A stretch of DNA of 62,684 bases, filler included, from an uncultured Planctomycetaceae bacterium (GCA_963976765.1; 8 parts of 8 records of this genome joined end to end with filler, not necessarily neighbours in it), one strand, 5' to 3'. Positions 29,607 through 36,338 are shown, numbered from the whole stretch's first letter. Numbers and translations: made by a program. Notes: generated by a model not told the origin, from the sequence alone.

Positions 29607-29969
29607 ATGAAAGCCACTATTACCGAAGATCAGCACACTTCTGTTGCGCGGACTGTTCATCCTGAAGACCTAAAGTGTGGTGACTATGTCGCTGTGCTGA
29701 ACGATATCGAAGAGTTTCCATCGTTCCTGTGGGGTTGTGATGTTGACTCAAGCTCGCGTGAACAGCCGGTGAGGATGCGGTTTCGGAGTTCTGGTGACGG
29801 GACGCCGATGCGGATCAAGTCGATCTGCCTGCCCTTCGTTCTGGTGGTTTCGCCTCGATCCCAGAGTCTCATATTCGATGTCAGACAGGTCGAGTTGGTA
29901 CGGCTGGCAAAGCGTTACGCGAAAGCTGCGTGGAAACACCTGAAGAAGAAAAAGAAGAACGGAAGGTAG
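29607..29969 (+). CDS. Hypothetical 120-aa protein inside the tRNA array, with a Lys-rich tail
   Basis: GAGGTG RBS; fills the gap between tRNA-Ala and tRNA-Ser; its stop codon lies inside tRNA-Ser(GCT). Confidence 0.75.
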   Translation: MKATITEDQHTSVARTVHPEDLKCGDYVAVLNDIEEFPSFLWGCDVDSSSREQPVRMRFRSSGDGTPMRIKSICLPFVLVVSPRSQSLIFDVRQVELVRLAKRYAKAAWKHLKKKKKNGR

Positions 29970-30046
29970 CCGGATACGGTTGGCCGGACCGCACTGCTAA
30001 TGCGTGTGCCTTTACGGGCATGTGAGTTCGAATCTCATGCCTTCCG
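29961..30046 (+). tRNA. tRNA-Ser(GCT)
   Basis: CGCA-CTGCTAA-TGCG; long variable arm; G73. Confidence 0.88.
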
Positions 30047-30055
30047 CTTTGATAC

Positions 30056-30127
30056 GGCCCGATGGTGAAACGGAAATCATCCCTCGCTTCTAACGAGGTG
30101 TTCCGGGTTCGAGTCCTGGTCGGGCTA
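30056..30127 (+). tRNA. tRNA-Arg(TCT)
   Basis: CCTCG-CTTCTAA-CGAGG. Confidence 0.9.
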
Positions 30128-30158
30128 CTGAGACGACAAGCCGCCTGTTGCGGCAAAC

Positions 30159-30249
30159 GGAAGGGCAACCCGATTGGTGACGGGAGCCGGTTGGAAGCCG
30201 GTCGAGTGCGTTCACGCGTGCCTTGCGAGTTCGATTCTCGCTCCTTCCG
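30159..30249 (+). tRNA. tRNA-Ser(GGA)
   Basis: GCCGG-TTGGAAG-CCGGT; long variable arm; G73. Confidence 0.87.
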
Positions 30250-30251
30250 CT

Positions 30252-30327
30252 GTGGCCGGGTCCGGTGCTGGTTTCCGGAGACAGACTGTGAATCTGTTTG
30301 GCGGCGGTTCGATTCCGCTCGGTCACC
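30252..30327 (+). tRNA. tRNA-His(GTG)
   Basis: ACAGA-CTGTGAA-TCTGT; C73. Confidence 0.87.
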
Positions 30328-30423
30328 TGCAAACCACGGGTTTGCATCCGATTGTCGTAGGCGAGCGTCATGAGATGGGGACGTCGCAACGGCGTGTGAG
30401 TTTGTCTGCAAAGGACTGGATCG

Positions 30424-31020
30424 ATGGTTACGGCTGTACTTGATCGACCAACACTGGTGCTGAATCGCAACTGGCAGCCTGTCGGTGTCGCCACGGTTGC
30501 GAAGGCGCTGACGAAGGTCTGGAACGAGTCGGCTCGGATCGTCGATCCGGCTGACTACCAGCAATACACGTGGGAAGACTGGACTCGTCTGCAGCCGGAA
30601 GACGGCGATCTGTTCATCCAGACGCGCCGGTTTCAGTTGCGGGTTCCGGAAGTAGTCACGCTGACGAAGTACGACCGACTGCCGACAAACGCCGTGACGT
30701 TCTCGCGACGGAATGTCTTCAAGCGTGACAAGTTCACGTGTCAGTACTGCGGTGCTCAGCCGGGCAGCGAGGAGCTGACGATCGACCACGTCACGCCGCG
30801 TGCTCAGGGTGGAACGTCCACCTGGGCAAACTGCGTGCTGGCGTGCATCGACTGTAACTCGCGAAAGGCTGACCGGACTCCGGATCAGGCTCGGATGCCG
30901 CTACGGACAAAGCCGGTTCGCCCGACGTGGCGGCCATTGTACGCGGCTCGCGGAGTCCGCATTGAAAGCTGGTCACGTTTCATCAGCGAGAGCTACTGGA
31001 ATGTGGAACTGGCTGAGTGA
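30424..31020 (+). CDS. HNH endonuclease (McrA/HNH_5-like)
   Basis: LVLN...P, FSRRNVFKRDKFTCQYCG, LTIDHVTPRAQGG, WANCVLACIDCNSRK. Confidence 0.92.
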   Translation: MVTAVLDRPTLVLNRNWQPVGVATVAKALTKVWNESARIVDPADYQQYTWEDWTRLQPEDGDLFIQTRRFQLRVPEVVTLTKYDRLPTNAVTFSRRNVFKRDKFTCQYCGAQPGSEELTIDHVTPRAQGGTSTWANCVLACIDCNSRKADRTPDQARMPLRTKPVRPTWRPLYAARGVRIESWSRFISESYWNVELAE

Positions 31021-31065
31021 CACGAGTTGCTGCCGGCCTCGGCGTTGAGGTCGGCAGTCTTACAC

Positions 31066-31135
31066 AGCGGTGTGCTCCTGGGAGAGCAGACAGATTCCAA
31101 ACCTGTCCCACGGGGTTCGAATCCTCGCACCGTTG
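31066..31135 (+). tRNA. tRNA-Trp(CCA)
   Basis: Loop TTCCAAA; AGCGGTG/CACCGTT acceptor; G73. Confidence 0.83.
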
Positions 31136-31155
31136 CTGCGGCCCAGCCGCTGCCT

Positions 31156-31245
31156 GCCGACGTGCCTCGACACAGAAAGGCGCCGGTCCTGCCCTCTTCT
31201 CATTGAACAGGGCGGATCATGCGGGTGCGAATCCCGCCGTCGGCC
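31156..31245 (+). ncRNA. tRNA-like element with an elongated anticodon arm
   Basis: GCCGACG/CGTCGGC acceptor, GCCT/AGGC D-stem, GCGGG-TGCGAAT-CCCGC T-arm, long CTGCCCT/AGGGCGG stem. Confidence 0.65.
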
Positions 31246-31253
31246 CTGACGAC

Positions 31254-31338
31254 TTGTCATTAGTTATTTGTCATTGGTCATCTGTCATCGGACTGGCCTG
31301 AAATTGGCAAATGAGAAGTGACAAATAACTAATGACAA
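31254..31338. repeat. Inverted heptamer-repeat hairpin
   Basis: TTGTCAT-TAGTTAT-TTGTCAT-TGGTCAT-CTGTCAT faces ATGAGAA-GTGACAA-ATAACTA-ATGACAA. Confidence 0.85.
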
Positions 31339-31346
31339 ATTCCCCC

Positions 31347-31419
31347 GTCCTTGGAGTGTGGCGGATTCGCACGCGACCCTGCGAAGGTCGAAGACCAGGT
31401 TCAATTCCTGGCGAGGACA
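31347..31419 (+). tRNA. tRNA-Arg(GCG)
   Basis: CGACC-CTGCGAA-GGTCG. Confidence 0.85.
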
Positions 31420-31434
31420 CTTTTCAAACAGCAA

Positions 31435-31506
31435 GACACCGATGCTCGATGGTCGGGCGGCTGCCTGCAAAGCAGCTCAGAGTGAGTTCGATTCTCACCG
31501 GTGTCT
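31435..31506 (+). tRNA. tRNA-Cys(GCA)
   Basis: GCTGC-CTGCAAA-GCAGC; U73. Confidence 0.9.
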
Positions 31507-31514
31507 CTTTTCAG

Positions 31515-32060
31515 GCGAGGTCGTTGATGTTGTTTGCCAGCGGCGCACCTGTCACCCGAATGGGTTTGGCGGAGTGTGTCCCGAACATGGGTTCTGAACG
31601 GACGGCATCAATGTCGGTTAGCTCAACCGGGTAGAGCACCAGTCCATGAAACTGGATGTTGCAGGTTCGATTCCTGTACCGACCACCAACCTGTCGGCTG
31701 GTAACCGACGTTACGAGACGCTGTAAGCGACTCGACCATGAAGGCCCGAGGGAGATGGGCGACTGACTGATCGGCTGCCGGTGTCGGCATCTCGCAGTCT
31801 GGCGTTGCGTCGAAAGTCGTGACTGTTGGATTGCGGGTAACGACTCGGCGGCAGCACGAAAGCCGTGCCTTGTAGTGTGTGGATACCGCGTTCGTGAACT
31901 GCGACGGAAGCTGGCTGACTCGTGATGTCCTGCCCTGGCGTACTGCGTCCGGGCTGACTGATCGATGACGCCTGCAACTGCTACGGATTCACGACTGCTC
32001 AAGCATGTTCCGCACGTCGAAGTGTGATCGGCAGACGACTCGTCTCCCAACGGTACTTTT
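31515..32060 (+). ncRNA. Candidate large structured ncRNA containing a tRNA-like domain
   Basis: Many G-U-rich helices, a GAAA tetraloop, long-range pairing of 31750-31759 with 32039-32048, no credible ORF. Confidence 0.7.
31612..31688 (+). tRNA. tRNA-like domain with anomalous anticodon loop (CCATGAA) and encoded CCA
   Basis: Canonical D-arm (TAGCTCAA..GGTAGAGC) and T-arm (GCAGG-TTCGATT-CCTGT), U1:C72 mismatch, ACCA end. Confidence 0.7.
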
Positions 32061-32148
32061 GAAAACAACAGCAACACGAACAGCACAGTTTGTCGCAGAC
32101 ACGGGCCTGCGTTTTCCGAGTCCGTCACCCGAGGAAAGGCGGTGGCAC

Positions 32149-33255
32149 ATGTTCCCAATCGAGACTATTCGAATCCGCAGCTACGAGATGGGTCTGCGCT
32201 TCCACGACGGAGAGTTCCGCGGGCTGCTCACTGAAGGCACGCACCGGCTGTTCGATCCGCGTCTGAAGACGCAGGTCGATGTTGTGTCGCGGCGTGATCC
32301 GTGGCTGAAGCACGAGAAGCTGGACGTCATCGTGAAGTCCGGCGCGCTGAAGGATCACGCCATCGTCGTGGACCTGAAGGATCACGAGCGTGGTCTGGTC
32401 TCGATCGAAGGCCGCTTCAGTCATGTTCTGCCGCCGGGCCTGTACGCGTACTGGATCGGTATGAAGGACGTGAAGGTCGAGGTCGTTGATGGGCGGAACG
32501 TGCGATTCGAGCACAGCGATCTGCGAGTCATCGCGCGATCGCCATCGGTCGGGCACGTTCTCGACATCTGCACGGTCAACCGGCAGTGCGTCGGAGTTCT
32601 GTTCATCGACGGTCGATACCTCGACACGCTCGATCCAGGGCTGTATGCGTTCTGGAAGGGCACCGGAGACGCAAAGGTCGTCGAGATCGACCTGCGTGAG
32701 ACGATGGCTGACGTCAGCGGCCAGGAGATCATGACGTCGGACAAGGTCTCGCTGCGGATGAACGCCGTCGTGACGTACTGCATCGTGGATGCACGTCAGG
32801 CCGTCACGGCAACAGATGATGTTCGGCAGACGCTGTACCGCGAGGTGCAGTTGGCGCTGCGGGCCGTTGTCGGAGCACGCGAGCTCGACTCGTTCCTGAC
32901 CGACAAGGATGCAGTCGCGGCCGAAATTGAAGAGATCGTGCGGCGCCGCGCCGCAGAGTTGGGTCTGGAACTGGCATCGGTCGGCATCCGGGATGTGATT
33001 CTGCCCGGCGACATGAAGGACCTGATGAACAAGGTCACGGAGGCGAAGAAGGCCGCCGAGGCCAACCTCATCTCGCGTCGCGAGGAGACGGCCGCCATGC
33101 GGAGTCAGGCCAACACCGCGAAGGTGCTGGCTGACAACCCGACTCTGATGCGGCTCCGGGAACTGGAGGTCCTGGAGAAGATCGCGACGACCGGCAACCT
33201 GAACGTCGTACTCGGCGAAAAGGGACTGGCCGATCGCGTCGTCAATCTGCTGTAA
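32149..33255 (+). CDS. Slipin family (SPFH/band-7) protein
   Basis: Repeated G...L.PG.Y..W units; QEIMTSDKVSLRMN, VGIRDVILPG and LMRLRELE motifs; start taken at ATG 32149. Confidence 0.9.
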   Translation: MFPIETIRIRSYEMGLRFHDGEFRGLLTEGTHRLFDPRLKTQVDVVSRRDPWLKHEKLDVIVKSGALKDHAIVVDLKDHERGLVSIEGRFSHVLPPGLYAYWIGMKDVKVEVVDGRNVRFEHSDLRVIARSPSVGHVLDICTVNRQCVGVLFIDGRYLDTLDPGLYAFWKGTGDAKVVEIDLRETMADVSGQEIMTSDKVSLRMNAVVTYCIVDARQAVTATDDVRQTLYREVQLALRAVVGARELDSFLTDKDAVAAEIEEIVRRRAAELGLELASVGIRDVILPGDMKDLMNKVTEAKKAAEANLISRREETAAMRSQANTAKVLADNPTLMRLRELEVLEKIATTGNLNVVLGEKGLADRVVNLL

Positions 33256-33260
33256 GTGAG

Positions 33261-33304
33261 AACGCCCTTGGTCCGAGTGTTTGGATCAGGGGCGTTTGTT
33301 TTTG
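33261..33304. terminator. Intrinsic terminator between convergent slipin and rtcB
   Basis: AACGCCCTTGGTCCGA-GTGT-TTGGATCAGGGGCGTT followed by TGTTTTT. Confidence 0.75.
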
Positions 33305-33319
33305 CACCTCCCGTACTGG

Positions 33320-34477
33320 CTATCGCCGCGAGCCCTTGTAGCTCAGTACCGGACGCAGTTCGCGTTCGATGCGTGTCAGGTCGCTTTGGGCTCGCATGAC
33401 AGCGTGGATGTCGCGGTAGGCCGACGGGGCTTCGTCTCGCAGGCCGGACGCAATGTTGTGGTCGAACCAGACCGATCGCATCTGCTGGTGCAGCGACTTT
33501 GACGTCACCGACTTCTTTGCTTCCGTGCGACTGAGGCGTCGGCCTGCTCCGTGTGAGCTGCTGCACAGGGACTCGATGTTGCCCCGGCCAGTGACGTGGA
33601 AACTCGCGGTGCCCATCGAACCGGGAATGATGCCGGGTTCGCCCTCACGAGCACTCTGGGCTCCTTTTCGGTGGACGAGGAACTGGTGATCGCCGTGTTG
33701 CTCGCGGCGAACGTGATTGTGGTTGCTCTGTACCAGTGTGTCCGGGTCGGCTTTTATACCGAACCGGTCGCGAAGGATATCGGCGGCGGCGTTCAGCATG
33801 GCCAGGCGATTCAACTCGGCGTATCGCGATGCCCACTCTACGTCGTTGAAGTAGTCGATACCCGCTTCTGACTCAGCGTCAAGAAACGCCAGACCGTTCG
33901 TGTGTGCCTCGCACTTGCTGGTGTGCAGCGACGAAATCAACTGCCCGATGCCGCGTGAGCCGCTGTGAACCATCAGCCAGAGACGTCCTGACTGATCGGC
34001 CTGGAACTCCAGGAAGTGGTTTCCCCTGCCCAGCGATCCGAACTGCACGCGAGCGTCTCGCTGCTTCTCTGCTTCGAGACGCGGACAGCTCAGCGGCGTG
34101 CCGACCAGGTCGTCAGGTAACTCATGCGGCATTGTCTCCCGGCGATGACGATTCGCAGGGACGGAGTGGTACAGGTCTGCCAGCACGGTGGCCGCTGCCG
34201 ATTCGCTGGCGAGAACATCGGCTCCGGCATCAAAGCCAATCGCAGCCATGCCGCATCCGATGTCGCTGCCCACGGCCGCCGGGTACAGCAGCTTTGTGGT
34301 TACCAGTACCGTTCCAACGCAGACATCTCCGGCAAGGTGGACGTCAGGCATCACGGCGATGCGCTGCACGTCCTCTGCCTGGGACAGACGTCGGAGTGAC
34401 GTCGCCACGTCGGAGCTGAGCGGCTCGGTGAGCCACATCGGGATGTCCAGCCCCGGAGTTGCATGTTGGTTACTCAT
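33320..34477 (-). CDS. rtcB: RtcB RNA 2',3'-cyclic phosphate/5'-OH ligase
   Basis: MPDVH, VGSDIGCGM, GSLGRGNHFLE, HSGSRG, HNH, HRKGA, PGSMG, SHGAGR, DEAPSAYR; the ATG overlaps the upstream stop. Confidence 0.95.
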   Translation of the reverse strand: MSNQHATPGLDIPMWLTEPLSSDVATSLRRLSQAEDVQRIAVMPDVHLAGDVCVGTVLVTTKLLYPAAVGSDIGCGMAAIGFDAGADVLASESAAATVLADLYHSVPANRHRRETMPHELPDDLVGTPLSCPRLEAEKQRDARVQFGSLGRGNHFLEFQADQSGRLWLMVHSGSRGIGQLISSLHTSKCEAHTNGLAFLDAESEAGIDYFNDVEWASRYAELNRLAMLNAAADILRDRFGIKADPDTLVQSNHNHVRREQHGDHQFLVHRKGAQSAREGEPGIIPGSMGTASFHVTGRGNIESLCSSSHGAGRRLSRTEAKKSVTSKSLHQQMRSVWFDHNIASGLRDEAPSAYRDIHAVMRAQSDLTRIERELRPVLSYKGSRR

Positions 34478-34949
34478 GGGCAACCTCCCCGCGGTCGTCA
34501 CTTGCCGTTTGTGGAGAGGTCGGCGACGCACTCACGACGCGGAACTTCAGACTCGGCGCACGTTTGCGTGTGATCGACGCAGCGACTTCAGAACGCAGTC
34601 GCCCCGTCACCCGATCCAGTCGTTCCAGTACGACCGACGGATCGAGACTCATTACACGACCGTCTTCATGACTGCTCGCAGCGCTGACCGTGACGACAAG
34701 TTGCGAAGCGTTGGGGGCCGGTATGACAGACTCGACGATGAGTGACTGCAGCAGCTCGTCGGAGAATTCGCCGGAAAGGACCAGGCTCAGCGTCTGCTCG
34801 ACCTGCTGGCAAAGCTGCTGCGTCTTACGGTCCCGCTTGTTTCGATCCGAATGACTCTTGAAGAAACGGCGAGGATCGACGCCGTCGTCTTCCTGGATTT
34901 CACCGCAGCACGCGAGCATCTGCTCGCGCTGACGTTTATTGAGTGGCAT
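34470..34949 (-). CDS. RbfA-like (ribosome-binding factor A) paralog
   Basis: QLCQQVEQTLS..L...SDELL..L.VESV.PAPNASQLVVTV...GRLRSEVAASITRKRAPSLKF resembles the RbfA KH-II fold. Confidence 0.75.
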   Translation of the reverse strand: MPLNKRQREQMLACCGEIQEDDGVDPRRFFKSHSDRNKRDRKTQQLCQQVEQTLSLVLSGEFSDELLQSLIVESVIPAPNASQLVVTVSAASSHEDGRVMSLDPSVVLERLDRVTGRLRSEVAASITRKRAPSLKFRVVSASPTSPQTASDDRGEVAHE

Positions 34950-34952
34950 AGT

Positions 34953-35012
34953 GCTCTCACAAAGGAATGGCGTGTGGGCTTAAGAAAGCAGCAGAAGCCA
35001 CGCCGTGAGAGC
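34953..35012 (-). promoter_or_regulatory. Hairpin occluding the RBS of the rbfA-like gene
   Basis: On the minus strand GCTCTCAC pairs with GTGAGAGC just before the ATG; inner GGCGTG/CACGCC helix. Confidence 0.55.
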
Positions 35013-35040
35013 TGGTCGAATCGCAGCAGTCTGATCAGTG

Positions 35041-35106
35041 TCAGGAGCGATCGAGCGGAAGCGTCAGGAAGCACGACGAGGCTGTTCGAAGTTCAATACA
35101 TCGCAT
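35041..35106 (-). CDS. Putative 21-aa leader peptide MRCIELRTASSCFLTLPLDRS
   Basis: AAAGGAG 7 nt before the ATG; ends just upstream of the RBS-sequestering hairpin. Confidence 0.5.
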   Translation of the reverse strand: MRCIELRTASSCFLTLPLDRS

Positions 35107-35301
35107 CGTCGGTCTCCTTTCTCGCGGGAGCAGGATTGTGAATGCGGTTCACGATGCCCGCGTGCCCACACGACACGACATTCAGCGAGGGGGTTCGCGC
35201 CTCAACACTCGAATCGAATATCGAGGCCTGGAACCAGTGCTGGTCGACGTCGACACCTTATCGGGGGAATCAGGGGGAACACTCGACGGGCGCTACACGC
35301 C

Positions 35302-36024
35302 TTACGTGGACCGAATGCTCTTCCTGCGTTTCGTCGTCCGGCGCCGAGCTGACGGACTCTCGACGGCGACCTGTAGAATGTCATCGGCATGTTGCCGTAT
35401 TGCCGTCAGGTTGTTGACCAGACGGTCGACGGCATCTCGATCAGCGGCGCTGCAGTTCTTAAGCAGAACCTCGATCCGCCGCTTCTGGTCGTCGCCTTCA
35501 CCGATGGTGGCTGCGAGACTGGCGAGCAGACGCTCGATCTCGGCCGACTTCCTGACCGCATCTACTACGGAGCCGAACTTGAATCGTGGTCCCGCACGTT
35601 CTCCGGCTATACGGGACCGCCCCCCGCGATCTCGCTGAATCTGCTCTCGAAGTTCGTCGACGGTCAGCTGCTTCCGGACTGCCTGCTTCTGCTGCTTCAG
35701 ACGAGCCTTCCTGTCGTCCCGGTAGACGAGCAACTCCCTGACATGTGCCCATCGAAGCGGGTTCCCGTCGACATCGCGGTCAGCACACAGGGATTCCAGC
35801 TCATCAGCGTCGTAGTACCGGGCGAAAGCCTGTGTCTTGTAGAGCAGGTCTTTAGAGACCTTGAACCGTTCCATCAGCTCAGCTTCCGAGTCGCTTCCGC
35901 CGTGTTCCCGGACATCGACACCCCGCTGATGGTACTCCCGCAGCCGGTCGGCAAGGTCATCTCCCTTCGGGAGCCCCACAGGAGCCTCAATGCGAGGCTG
36001 GGCCGCTTTCCGTCGTCTCGCCAT
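35302..36024 (-). CDS. Hypothetical basic protein with an HTH-like / DUF1016 N-terminal-like segment
   Basis: SEAELMERFKVSKDLLYKTQAFARYY...LRWAHVRELL...LTVDELREQI. Confidence 0.6.
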   Translation of the reverse strand: MARRRKAAQPRIEAPVGLPKGDDLADRLREYHQRGVDVREHGGSDSEAELMERFKVSKDLLYKTQAFARYYDADELESLCADRDVDGNPLRWAHVRELLVYRDDRKARLKQQKQAVRKQLTVDELREQIQRDRGGRSRIAGERAGPRFKFGSVVDAVRKSAEIERLLASLAATIGEGDDQKRRIEVLLKNCSAADRDAVDRLVNNLTAIRQHADDILQVAVESPSARRRTTKRRKSIRST

Positions 36025-36227
36025 TAGATGCCCCGAGTGCCCATTTAATTCGTCCAGTACTAGGTCGTGTTGACAATCACTTCAGAAGGTTGATGACGGC
36101 AGCGAAGCTCCAGNNNNNNNNNNNNNNNNNNNNNNNNNNNNNNNNNNNNNNNNNNNNTTAATTAATTAANNNNNNNNNNNNNNNNNNNNNNNNNNNNNNN
36201 NNNNNNNNNNNNNTCGGTCACAAAACC

Positions 36228-36317
36228 ACATAACAATGCAATGCACCGGAGCACTCGCTCACGCGTGTTCTGAATACACAGTCAACCTCTCGTGCCCGGT
36301 GATTGCGGGCGTTATGC
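36228..36317 (+). mobile_element. attC site 1
   Basis: ACATAAC...CACCGG...CCGGTG...GTTATGC imperfect palindrome. Confidence 0.8.
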
Positions 36318-36338
36318 GGCAACGCAAAGGATCATCTG

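Noticed and set aside
27953..29660. Several 80-130 aa ORFs over the tRNA array
   Set aside because: They overlap clear tRNA cloverleaves and show no protein motifs.
31612..32060. tmRNA, RNase P or group I intron identity for the structured RNA
   Set aside because: I could not find a G3:U70 tmRNA acceptor with a tag ORF, the RNase P P4 consensus, or group I core motifs by eye; left unassigned.
31511..32158. 215-aa minus-strand ORF and the 5' extension of slipin to 32005
   Set aside because: No recognisable motifs; they overlap the tRNA-like and structured RNA region. Slipin has a better start at 32149.
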